Positions 38,524-50,933 of a stretch of DNA of 64,000 bases are shown here, piece by piece; the stretch's first letter is position 1, and the number at the start of each line of letters is the position of its first letter. Source of the DNA: Lepidodermella squamata (lineage: Eukaryota; Animalia; Gastrotricha); the NCBI GenBank assembly GCA_047495785.1, contig JBLDXI010000015.1:434001-498000 (forward strand), in the 5' to 3' direction. The notes under the pieces were generated by a model. That model saw only the letters and a program-made list of their open reading frames with translations. It was not told where the DNA came from and did no database searches. The position numbers and the translations under genes are program-made.

Positions 38524-40139
38524 TTAGCTAGCGGTAAAGAAGTGAATAAAATAATGGAAAAGACTGTGCTACCGCGATCGGAGGGGTGCAGCCCGCTACG
38601 AGCAACATGTCAATCAAACATCTTGTCCGTTATTTCCAATATATTGCTGCGATTTCTTCGACTTATTGCGACAGCGCAAAGTTTGAAATGATCGAATTGC
38701 GGCAAGGCGAGATCTACAGGAAACGACAGAGCGAAAAAAGCTCCATTTGAGATCCTTCGTATATTAGTAGATACTGTCCAGCAATTATAGCTGTCCAGCT
38801 CCATCTTGGCCGATACAGCTTTTAGACTGAGAGGTACTGTGACTTTCTTGAATGACTGTAGGTATTTTTAAAGCTGTCTTTAATGTAATTTTCTCCAAAT
38901 TATCTTTAGCTCTAATTTTCAATTCAACACTTTGATAAACGACTGGCAACTTAGCCTCTATATCGACATATGTGTGGTGTCCTTCACCTGGGCCGTAAAA
39001 ATCCTCATTTTTCATATTCTCTTGGTTCTCAGCAACTTCCTACCTGCCACTCGTACAAGGAACTCGGTCTGATCATCAACGCTGGTCTCTTGTTTCGCCC
39101 TCATCTTAAACCATTGTTAGCAAAATCTATAACTGTTTAATGCTATTCTTAGAGCCTTTCATGGCCAGTCACCATCCGTCCTCACCTGGGCCTATCGCGT
39201 CTATTCTAGGCCTTTACTTGAATACTTCCCTTCTATTTGGTCGCCTTACAAAAATGCGATTTTATTGAATATTATGTACAAAAATACTTCACTCGTTGTG
39301 CCGTGTGCTTCTTTTCTCACGATCCTAGCCGCCCATCTTATATAAACAAAGGCTTTTAATTCTCAAACTAGATTCTTTAGAAAAGCGCCGAATTCTATTA
39401 GATCTTTTTCTCCTGTACAAAATTTACTACATTTACAGTTGATTCGTTTCGTCTAACCCTTATCTACTCGCGGCTCGAGGCCATTGTCTTCGCCTTAGAT
39501 ATCCTCGACCTGATGGCCGTTATCGTAATGCTACCTTTTCGCCAATTTCTTTCTCAATCGCGTTTCATAGATTTCTTCGCTCCGAAGTTTCAATCTCGGA
39601 TCAACTGGAATCAATCTAAGGATGCGATTAATTTCCACACACCCTCTGTCATAAATCGTTGTAAAATGTTGTTTTTGCTACATGCGGCAATTTCGTATGT
39701 AAGCACTGCCGCCAGCATTATATCGCGTGTGTTAATATAATTACAATATAAGCACGTGAGCGTAAATTACTCACACGTTATTTCAACGATAGCCGCCCAG
39801 CCAGTGGCTTTAAGCTGCCGCGAGCGGTGTTTAATTGCCACCGTCCACCTGGCATATAGGAGATTGTTAGCTCGTGCCGGCGAGCACGAGCCTCCACGTT
39901 GTCAACACCTTTTTCTCGCTACACACTAACTTTTGATGGGCATATACAACTATAAACAAGAGTTAATGATAAAGCCGCTCTTCAAGTCAACTAGCGGCTG
40001 TAAAACATCCATTAAACAACTGAGGGCTCGTGTCATGATTAGCAAAAGCAGCAGAAAAAAATTACACAAGAGAAGCAGCTTAGCGCTCTTCTCAGTGCCG
40101 CGTCATCTGAAGAATAATTTTTTTCATATAAACTAACAA

Positions 40140-42955
40140 ATGATGTTACGGGTATGGGGTGCGCCCTTGGCTGCTGCTCTATTCACTTGCATCGCCCTAG
40201 CTCAGGACCAGGTAAGTAACTTACTTATTGACTTATTGCCAACCCCATTCTGCCGATCTAGGATTGCCCACGCGAGTTGGACAGGTCGAACTCGCTGTGC
40301 CTCCGGCCTTCCTCGCTGTTTACATCGGCTGATGATATTAGACCCGAGACGATCACAGCCATTCTTGAGGAGCACAACAAAATTAGACGTAGGTCAAAGG
40401 ATTGCATTATCGATAAATCACTCACTTCATGTGATTTTTAGGCAATGTTTACCCATTTGCAAACCCAGCCTTGGAACCACTGCGATGGGACGATGACCTC
40501 GCTCGTCAAGCCAAGGGGTAGGTCGTAGCAAATGCAACATGATTGTAGAGAAATTCGTGCTTGAAACTCCCATCTTCGTATTTTAGATGGGCCAGCCAGT
40601 GCGTAGAAAGCCGCGACGATGTCCGAAACCGGGTCTTGCCGAAATTCGACTCGATTGGTCAGAACTTTTGCTCTGGAGATTCAACGACGGATTGGGGGAC
40701 TTGCATTCGCTCAACTTGGGGTGGCCAGGAGCGATATTTCAACTACGGCCGCCAGTCAGACCGTCCTGTTGATGAATATGTTCAAATTATCACGGCGTCA
40801 ACTCGTTTTGTTGGGTAAGATAAGAACTTCTATGATTTTTGAAAAATCAACCTTTTTTATTTGAAAAAGCTCTTGTTAATCATTACTCTTCACTGATGTA
40901 TAATAAACAAATTATTATTGATTCTAGTTGCGCCCGAGTGCTTTGCCGCAGCACATTCTACCTGGTAAGATTTTCTTTCAACTAGAAATTAATTCCTCTT
41001 CATTTGCATTGTTTCCTACTAGTTCTGCAACTACGGGCCAGGTGGAAACGTAGCGTCTCCTGAAAACAACTACCTACCACTACAGTACCCATACCGGGCT
41101 GACGGATATACATTCGAAAGCCGCAGAACAGATCCTCCGCGTGACGATGACCGCTTCCGCATCCCTGTTGATAACGACCGTTTCAGAGTTACTGATCCTC
41201 CGAGAACTGAACCTCCACGCCCACAGACCGCAGCTCCGAGACGCCGAACACAGGCTGACTGGGAAGATACGACCAACAAAGGCGCTGGCAGCATGTCAAA
41301 CTGGGGCAAGCCCTGTGGTGACCCACCTCGCGTTAGCGGTGGCTACTTGATGCGTGGAACTGCTGTGCGACTCTTCGGCCAATATATCGAAACCGCGACG
41401 TATTTCTGCTTGAATGGGGCAACGCCGCGACCTGACACTGTCGAGTGTAGGACAATGAGCAACTACGGATCCTGGGATGGAAACATCCCCGTTTGCCCGT
41501 CAACCTACGATAACCCTGACGATTACCGTTGGCGTCAGACTGAAAGGACAACTGAAGATCCGCGTTGGAGAACCCCCGAGAGAACAACGGAAGATCCCCG
41601 TTGGAGGCAGACTGAACGAACAACAGAAGATCCCCGTTGGAGAACCCCTGAGAGGACAACAGAAGATCCACGTTGGCGTCAGCCTGAAAGAAACACCGAA
41701 GACCCGCGTTGGAGAACTCCTGAGAGGACAACGGAAGATCCCCGTTGGTGGCAGACTGAACGAACAGTTGATGACTTTCGCTGGAGACAGACGACTGAAG
41801 ACCTTCGTTGGCGCCAACCCGAGAGAACGACGGAAGATCCCCGCATGAGACTGCCGCAGATCACGACTGAGGACTCACGTTGGCGCCAGAGATGGGAGGC
41901 TGAGACACGGGACGACTCGCGTTTCAGGATGACTGAAGAGCCACGCACTACAACCACTACCCAAGCTCCGCGAGATCGCGATGGCATCATCAGAACTCGT
42001 AGCTTCTCCCTAGTTCCTCTCCGCGCTTACAGCGTTAGTTTTGTCGAGAGTTATAAACTTATGAACCGATTCTTAACTTTCAATTTTAGTGCCCAAGCAC
42101 GGTGGACCTGCGCAATTCTCTATGCCTTAGCCCTATCTCTGACTTCCTGGGCATGGAGGAAATGACTATGAGTGTTAGGCAGGCCATTTTAGACGACATC
42201 AACCGCCTGCGTTCTGGCGTCACTCCAAGAGCCCGAAACCAGCTAAGGCCACTGCTGTGGGACAACATGCTCGCTGCCCAAGCCGCAGGGTAAGCTAATC
42301 CCTAACATTATATTCCGGTTCTTCTGGTCAAGAACGTAAATTAAGTCGAGAGTCGAGAGAGTCTGAAGTCCATTGCTAAATCAAAAGAGACGTAGATTTC
42401 TCCATATTTTTCTAGTTACTTTCTCAATTTTTAGGTTTCGAAAATACTCTGCCGTTACGATTTTTGAACATATTTTATTTTGTTTTTAAATAGATGGGCC
42501 TCCCAATGTACAGGCACGAAGGACCCACCGCAGCTGCGCGAGTTGCCAGATTTCGGCAGCGTCGCCCAAAGCATGTGCACCGGCGATGTTGATCGCGATG
42601 GCAACGCACTGTCGTGGCGCGACTGTATTGCTCAATGGGGCGACCAGCGGAACAGCTGGCGCTACGGCGATTCGACGGACCGCGCTCAAGATTACGCGCA
42701 AATCGTCAATGAAGACACGCTTTACGTTGGGTAAGCGACATCGAACATCCAACTGTTGAGATAGCAAACAATTTTGAAATTCTTTCCTTGATTTTAGATG
42801 CGCTCGTGTTCAGTGCCGCGATCTCCCTCAAATTTCTCTGGTATCTCGAACTTTTTATTTGAAAATCGTTTTTTCACTTTTTGATTTTACAGTACTGCAA
42901 CTTTGGCCCGGCAGCTAGAATCGGCAGCAATAGACCTCCTTACGAAAGGGAATAA
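40140..42955 (+). CDS. CAP/SCP gene A: signal, CAP, sushi-like, 12-aa repeat, CAP
   Basis: Spliced: ILEEHNKIR, LRWDDDLARQA, WASQC, IGQNFC, YVQII, VGCA, FCNYGPGGN; then CGDPP..YFC..W....P.C; second CAP with DDINRLR, LLWDNMLA, YAQIV, YCNFGP. Stop TAA ends at 42955. Confidence 0.85.
41527..41890 (+). repeat. Coding 36-nt repeat, about 10 copies of RWR(Q/T)(T/P)ERTTEDP
   Basis: Visible in ORF 41293..42165; alternating Q and T variants give a 72-nt higher-order period. Confidence 0.92.
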
Positions 42956-43303
42956 ACCAATGAAGCGATACCGGAGTTCTATAGACCTCGAATATCTGTT
43001 TTGATTGTATCAAAAAATTATATCAGTTTCATGTTTGTCCGTTCCTCGAATTGAATGTATCCATTCTGTAATTAAACAGCCCTATTTGATGGCTGCAATA
43101 TCAAAAATAAACATGCGTCTAATGCCAAACTTCGGACAGTCCAATCAAACTTTGAATTATCAAATAAGTAGTAAATTTAACGTAAAGCTAACATGCACAT
43201 GGTTGAAGTTATGAATGAAAGTGATGAAAAGCTTTACTTCATCGCATGACTAGTAGTATTTCATGAGTAAAGTTCTAGTCACACGCTTTGTTCGAAAAAC
43301 GTT

Positions 43304-44095
43304 ATGATAGAGCTAAAAGTGCTTTTCTTAATTGCTTTAGCTCCGACTGCTTTCTCTGAAGCACAGAATTTTACGCAACGCGAGATTGACTCAATTCTTT
43401 CCGGGCATAATTACCTGAGAGGTAGGCTCTTAACCAGCGTAAACCAGCCGAAATCATTTCGTAATTATTGTTAGTGAATGTGAATCCTTCTGCAATTACT
43501 CCCCTGGCTAACCTTCAATGGGATACAGACCTGGCAGAACTTGCTAGAGGGTTCTTAAATCAAATTAGTTCATCCATAAATAGTATTATTTCTCCCAGGT
43601 GGGCCTCGAAATGTTCTTCGCTGGCGGAGGATCTCGCAGATGTTCGTATGCCATACAAATTCAACGGCGTGGGAAGGAGTCATTGTTCCGGTCGCGGGAA
43701 GACATTACTCTCTTGCACCGACCAGTGGTATGCTCAGAAAAATAATTTTAACTACGGCACAGAGCCTGCAAATGAAGTTGCGGCCTATATCAACATAATA
43801 GCGAATGTTACACAGCTTTTAGGGTAAATTCCCCAGTTGAAAAATGAAAAAAAAAACAATACACTTATTTTTGATCAAGCTGTGGGCAGAACCAGTGTCC
43901 TGGAGAAGAATACTGGATGGTTGGTCTCAGATTTTGGAATTTAGAAAATGAACTCGCTTGCATTTTTTCTACCTTCAGGTATGCGCCTATTGGCCTTCTG
44001 GGGCGCTTTACACCCTTGAAAACAATTGCAAACCCTTCTCACACCCTTACAAAGTTTCCAGCAACAATAATACTTTCAGCTGGTGGATTGGATAA
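43304..44095 (+). CDS. CAP/SCP gene B: signal + single CAP
   Basis: MIELKVLFLIALAPTAFS, ILSGHNYLR, LQWDTDLAELA, WASKC, YINII, LGCG, VCAYWPSG. Same intron positions as its neighbours. Confidence 0.8.
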
Positions 44096-44309
44096 ATTCC
44101 ATCGAGTCAAAACGTTGCTTGGAATTCGCTGAACTGAAATGCCGATAGAAGCTGAGAACCTACAGCAATCCAGCTAAAACGTATTCTTTGTTCAGTAAAT
44201 GCTGCAAAAAAATCGACAATGGCTGAAAAAATGCGCCCAACAAAATGAAGCTTTGTCGACTGTGGTCAAGCAAAGCACTCCTGATTAACCTATTATTTTA
44301 GCAATAAAA

Positions 44310-45534
44310 ATGTTGAAAACAATAGGATTTTTCGTGATTTTTCTCTTAACGACTGCGCCATCTTTGGGGCAAAATCATCTTACACAAGGCGAAATTGATC
44401 GAATTTTAGGCGCCCATAATTACCTGCGAGGTGAACCTTGTTTTCAGCTTAACAAAATTTGTAAAATTGTGTTTGTTCAGGAGGTGTAAAGCCGCCAGCA
44501 GCTACGCCATTGATCGACCTGCAGTGGGATAACGATCTAGCTGATTTGGCTCGAAGGTTTGTTCACCTCAGTTTCTTGATAGCTAATTCACTTCTGCTAA
44601 ATTTCAGATGGGCCTTACAATGCTCTGGTAGACAGGAAGATCTCTCCCAAGTTCGAATGACGTACAAATTCAATGGAGTCGGTCGAAATCACTGTTTCGG
44701 CCAGGATCTCATTTGGCGATCTTGTTTGGAACTATGGGCGGCTCAAGGCGAAAATTTCGTCTACGGCTCCGAGCCAACAAACGAAGTGGGAGCTTACGTT
44801 AATATCATCACCGCAGAGACGCGATACGTCGGGTAAATAAATTATTATCCTATTTTCCGTCTATTTGTTGTTTATTCAGATGTGACCAAAACCTCTGTCC
44901 GGATGGGCAATATTTCTTGGTACGCCAAAATATTATGTTTCCATTATTTTTTGAAAAATTACCCAATGCATAGTTTTGCGCCTATGGACCATCCGGCAGA
45001 ATCCCGACGCCTGAGAATAATTTTCGGCCCCTCTCCTACCCGTATCAAGCCGCTGTTCAGACAACAGAAAGCCCAATTACACCGGCCGCTGTTCGGTTCA
45101 TCGCTGATCCCGACCCAGATTTTGATCCGTATGCTGAACCTTATTTCTACCGGAATGTACATCTCGAGCTCGCCCCGCCTGTCACCCCACGTCCCGGCCA
45201 ATTCATATCAAGACAACCTGGTAGGGACGATAACGGGCGTGAATGGGAAGATCCGACTAATCGAGGAGCCGGGAGTTTGTCGAATTGGTACAAGCCCTGC
45301 GGAGATCCACCCAGGGTTCGTGGTGCCTACGTCATTCGAAGTAGTGCGAGGCGGTTAAGGGGGTTCTACATCGAAGTCGCGACCTATTACTGCCTGGATG
45401 GAGCTCTACCAACACCGACTGACACGATTTTATGTAAAATATCAGGAAATCAAGGCGTATGGAACTCGACAATACCATCTTGCCCGATAGCAGCGACCGT
45501 GAGTAGAAACGGTCTGGATTCCAATGGCAAATAG
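44310..45534 (+). CDS. CAP/SCP gene C: signal, CAP, sushi-like
   Basis: ILGAHNYLR, LQWDNDLADLA, YVNII, FCAYGPSG, then EWEDPTNRGAG..KPCGDPPRVRGAY. Confidence 0.8.
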
Positions 45535-45742
45535 GTCCTATGAATGTTATCACCTTCTCATCATTTTTTGTAAATTGAGTGTATCATGATAACTTTCATC
45601 AGGTGTCAACGCAAGCTGTGAATGTTTGCCTTGATTGTGGGCAATATTTCTTTGCTGTGAAATAAAACTGAGGTGTTGTAGCATCATGACTTGGTAAACA
45701 CGAGTGAACTTTTTCCAGTACTCCTAGAACTCGTAACCCGAA

Positions 45743-48121
45743 ATGCTAAGTTTTTGTCTTCAATTGTCTAGCCTGATCACTATTGTTTCCGCACAGGTAC
45801 ATCTCAAAACTTCACATTTTATGAAAACAAACCCTTTTGATACTTTCAGTCAGCATTATTTGAAGCAGCTGATGTTTTGCCGCAGCGGGTTATTCAAATT
45901 ATCCTTGACGAGCACAATAGATTAAGATGTGAGCCTCAGTGTATTCGCGGTCTTTGTAACTCGTTTCCTTACTTGCTCTAGCAACTGTTGACCCACCTGC
46001 AGCCAGGCCCCTTGTCGACCTCAAATGGGACGCTGATCTTGTTGAAGTAGCAGCAAGGTTCACTTCCAAACCACTATTCTCTCTAGCTAGACTCGAATAT
46101 CTTGTTTTCTCAGCTGGGCGTCAAGGTGCTCAGATCGCGACCAAGATCTCAATGATATTCGTTCCGATTGGTACAGCGAAGTTGGTCGGAGCTCGTGCCG
46201 CGGGGAAAACCTCGACTGGCAGGCCTGCCTCGCAACCTGGACCGACCAGAGACGCAATTTTGTCTACGGATCAGCGTCTAGGGGCGTCGTAACAGCTTAC
46301 GTCAACATTGTAGCCTCAAATACAAGATTCATCGGGTATGCACAAATTTTGCTCTATAAGACTCTATCATGATGATCCCTTGAATCAGATGCGCAAGATC
46401 TCGTTGTCGTGGAAATCAGTTCTTTTTGGTAAGTTTCAGATAGGAAAGGCCTTTGGAATTATTTCTTTGCTCAGTTTTGTGCTTATGGACCGTCTGGAAG
46501 GACTCCATCTGCCGAGAACAATTTCAATCCTCTGCAGTACCCCTACCCAGTTCTTAGCAACTTGCAGGATGACAGGAACAGACAGCCATCGAGAATCGAA
46601 AGCCCTGATCCCAACTTCGATCCCTATGCTATTCCTTACCGATACAGGAATGAAGTTCTCGCAAGGACCCCGTATCCAACTAGAAGACCTGAATTCTTAG
46701 CAACGAGACGCCGTAATACAGATGATAACGGCCGAGAATGGGAAGATCCGACCAACAGAGGCGCGGGGAGTGTTGGTTCATGGAACAAACCGTGTGGAGA
46801 TCCGCCCAGAGTTCGCGGGGCTTACGTGCTCCGAAGCAGTGCTCAGCGTGTTAACGGCGTCTATACTGAGGTAGTTACGTATTTCTGCTTGAATCTTGCT
46901 GTGCCTATCCCAGTTGATACGATAATGTGCCAAACTTCGACGAGTCGTGGTAACTGGAACACGACCTTACCGTTTTGCCCACTTGAAGCTCCACCTGAGG
47001 ACCCGCGTTTCGCGTGGAGGGGCGGAGCGCCGGGAATAGTTGTTCCTGATTCTCAGCCAAGCTTCCGAACAACTGTTAGAACCACCACTTCCGAAACTCC
47101 TGATCTTCGAACTCGAATGGCGACTTTGCCGCCGCGAACTCAAGGCAATCAAGGCATGGGAAGGCCTGCACGTGAATTCGATTACAAATTTGGAGAGGTA
47201 AATTTCAGTCTGCTCATACTCGAATATGACAACTCTGCTCCCATTACAGTGCCCACCTACGGTCGAACGGACGAATTCTTGGTGCTTATTGCCTAAAAGT
47301 ACTTTTACCGGCATTGACGAGTGGACTGTCGAGGTCAAGGAGGCGATTATTCAAGAGCACAATAAGATCAGAGGTGTAAAACCGTGTTTCGCCATTACTC
47401 CCTTATAATTCATATCTGTTTCGAAAGCTGCTGTCGATCCACCGGCTAGAAATTACGGTCTGCCCGATTTGTCGTGGGATGACGATCTCGCCTACCAAGC
47501 TGCTGGGTAAGAGTGTTTGGTTTCTTCGAAATTCTCCGAGAGCTCTAGTCACTCATCAAGCTCATCGGAACTTTCTGTTCCAAATGTTTATTGATAGTTT
47601 ATCAATTTTTGTCTTCTATGTTAGCTGGGCGGCTCAGTGTGACGGTGGGAAGGACGATCCTGCTAATCGCAATTTGCCTTATTACGGCCCTGTCGGCCAA
47701 AACATCTGCTCTTACGATACTGACATGGATCCGATCGCAGCCTGGAAAGACTGTATTTCGAACGTTTGGGGCTCGGGTCGTCGCGATTGGCGATACGAGA
47801 CAGGCGGAACGGGGCCAAGAGTCCCAGATTACAGCCAAATGATTTGGGAGAAAACAAAATGGATTGGGTAAGATATTGTGCCTTATTATCGCGGTTTTTA
47901 GAATTTGATCGGATTTGTTGAAGATGCGCACGAGTACAATGCAACAATCGACCCCGCGTCCAAATGGTACGTCGCCAAATGAATTGTGAAGTTGGTTTCT
48001 AATTTCAATCATCTAGGTTTGTAATTACGGCTATGCTGGAAACACGCCGAGATTCAACCGTTCGCCTTACGCAAAGCCCTACGTGCGGCAAGGCGAGCAA
48101 TCTGAGGAGGATGACACTTGA
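45743..48121 (+). CDS. CAP/SCP gene D: signal, CAP, sushi-like, linker, CAP
   Basis: ILDEHNRLR, LKWDADL, YVNIV, FCAYGPSG; sushi module; second CAP with IIQEHNKIR, LSWDDDLA, VGQNIC, YSQMIW, VCNYGYAGN. Stop TGA ends at 48121. Confidence 0.8.
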
Positions 48122-48804
48122 AAGATGAATGCTGATATCTTCCCGTGCAAGATTTCAGCATTTTTTTGATATAATGCGTTGTATTCACGACTTTGCCCTG
48201 ACTCCACTCGAAAAGAATGTCCTCTATTTTCGGTTATTAAAGTCCCTTTGAAATATGTCTCCATTCAAGGGCGATGAAAGGAATGCCACACCGAAATAGA
48301 ATTATAAATGAATAAGAAAAGTGAGACACCCTGGGAAATAAAAAATGCCGGTTTCGAGGTGCAAAGGAGTATAAACAAGAAACAATTTAACGTTTGAAAT
48401 CAGTTTCTATGAAAGGAAGGTATTGAAAAACAGCAGGTCATCGAGATGAACTTCGGATCGTTTCTGAAAAGGTTTGTTGACCTCCGCTCTTTTGATGGAA
48501 AATCAGCTGACCTCTAATTACTGCGCATCGACCTCGCATGAATAGCATTCTTTCTGGGTTCTTTATTCTGTGACGCAGATGCATGTTTTTCAGAGAGTGA
48601 CCCAAGTTTTGAAACGCATTTTCGTCACGTACCCTTTTCATTTATTTACTCAATCAAAATACAATACTAACAACGAGGAGCGGTCAATATGCGGCTTTGA
48701 TCTAAAACAGAAAAAAAAACCGCGTAACCATAGTGGCGCTTGTAGCGCGGTGAGAACTGCTCGGCAAGGACCAGTGCATTCTATTTTGGATTTTCACACC
48801 AAAC

Positions 48805-50364
48805 ATGATCAGTTTGTGGTTGGCTCTACTACTCGCGGCAAGCGTTGCTGCTCAATCGGTAAGCTCGCTTCCTTATTTGCTAACTCGAAGGGCGTAAGGG
48901 AATACGGAAATAACGCTAACGCATGAAATACAGAATTTATACGAAAAACTCCAGTTGATAGCCTTACTAACAAGTCTTATTCACAAAAAGTAACCCTTCC
49001 TGCGCTCTCTGCTTGATAACTTGGTTTTTTTAAGTCTGAAGCTCCTGATGTTGCGACTCAACAATTGATTCTTAGCGAGCACAATCGACTGAGATGTAAC
49101 TTTCAACTTGCTCCCCTCATTAATTGATCTATTTTTCTTTATTTTAAGCGAGCGTTGACCCCCGACCTGCAGTTCCGCTTGCCAACCTGAGATGGAACAT
49201 TGACCTAACCACCGTTGCCCTTCGGTAAGATAACTTTCATGCATCATCGAATTTAATTGCCAACAAATCGATGTGCGATGAACAACAACAGAATGGCCTC
49301 AAGATGTACGGATGCTGAAGCTGATCTCGAGGACATTCAATCGCAGACCTTTTCCGACTTCAGTTACAGCACCTGCCGCTCACCCGACTGGCGCAACTGC
49401 CTCAAATCGTGGACTGATCAAAAAGCCAGCTTTGTCTACGGAACGGGGGATACTTCGAGGGGCGAGATCGACAAATACGTCAACATCATCGCAGAACGAA
49501 CGACCTCAGTTGGGTAACATATCTTCCAGCTGTCCGAAATTCTTATAAGTCATTGCTTTGCAGATGCGCAAAATCACGTTGCCGCAGTGGTCCCAACTAC
49601 ATCGTAAGCTTGCAACTTTAGATTGTTGATTCGATGATTTATTTCGCGTTTAGTTCTGCGCCTACGGTCCTTCGGGGCTCATTCCATCTGAAGATAACAA
49701 ATTCTCTCCGAAGCGTTATCCGTACAAAATTGTGGAATCTCAGCGATTGCCAAGCTCCCCTGTTATTCTTCCAGTCCAGATAATTCGTCCGCAGCCGCAG
49801 CCGCAGCCGCAGCGGGAGCCGCAACCACAACGAGAGCCGCAACCGCAACGTCAGCCACAGCCGCAGAGGGAGCCTCAGCCACAGAGGGATCCACAACCGC
49901 AACCGCAGCGAGAGCCGCAACTGCAGTTTCAGCCCCGCAATGACGACGGCTATTCCGATCCCTATGCTACCCCGTACCGTTTCCGAAATGAAATCCTGGC
50001 TAGAATTCCGGCTGGAAGACGCCAGGGTCTTGTAGCCAGGCGCCGCAATTCCGACGATAACGGCCGAGAATGGGAAGATCCGACCAACAGAGGCGCGGGG
50101 AGTGTCGGTTCATGGAACAAACCGTGTGGAGATCCGCCACGCGTTCAGGGCGCCTACGTCATGCGAAGTACTGCCCAGCGGTTGAACGGAGTCTACACCG
50201 AAACTGCGACTTATTTCTGCCTGAATCTAGCGGTTCCCTATCCGACAGATACTGTTATTTGCACAACTTCAGGTAGTCGCGGTTCCTGGGATTCGAACCT
50301 GCCAATATGCCCGAGTAGTGTTCCTCGTGAGGAAAGCGACCGCTTTTCGTGGCGAGGAGATTAA
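48805..50364 (+). CDS. CAP/SCP gene E: signal, CAP, PQPQRE repeat, sushi-like
   Basis: MISLWLALLLAASVAAQ, ILSEHNRLR, YVNII, FCAYGPSG, Pro/Gln repeat, sushi module. Confidence 0.8.
49789..49938 (+). repeat. Coding PQPQRE hexapeptide repeat (about 7 units)
   Basis: Visible in ORF 49732..50364; synonymous codon variation between units. Confidence 0.9.
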
Positions 50365-50933
50365 GCTCCTCAAACGCAACATAATGGAAATCATTTGACG
50401 TGTACCTGAAACTTCTGCATGCCTCCTTCTTTGATACGATTATCCACCATTGTGTTTGGTTTGATACCCGTTGGTTCTAATATAGAACACTGCCCGAAGA
50501 ATAAATCTACGTATTATGACGTGTGTTGTTCGGCTTTTCAATGAAGGTGGATACTGCGATATTATCAGCATGTTGAAATGGATTTGGGGTTAGCATTAGT
50601 GGAAAGGATTAGGTTAATCTTCCTTTACAACTTACGGCTAAACCTTCTCATGAGCGTTAATCGTGAAGGCTTAAACAGGTTTATGGCCTGTTTTCTACGT
50701 AGGTACTAATATTAGACGCGCGCGTTCCAACTCAATCCTTGGTTGGCAGAGAATTTAATCCCGAGTTTCTTCGCCTAATATCACCGTTCGTCCTGCTTCT
50801 AGATCTTTCTTTCCAGTATATATTGTTCGACAGCTCTCATATCTTTATAGTTTCTCGAAAAGAATCTTGATGTTAGTTTAGATGTTAGTTAGATTTTCCG
50901 ATTAAAGCATATTGGCGGCTAGAAAAATAAACG

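Noticed and set aside
38785-39015. 76-aa ORF upstream of the lectin gene
   Set aside because: No motif, signal peptide or splice support; possibly a decayed repeat.
41527-41890. Repeat as a neuropeptide precursor
   Set aside because: No Gly-Lys/Arg amidation or dibasic sites between units, and it lies between folded domains of a CAP protein.
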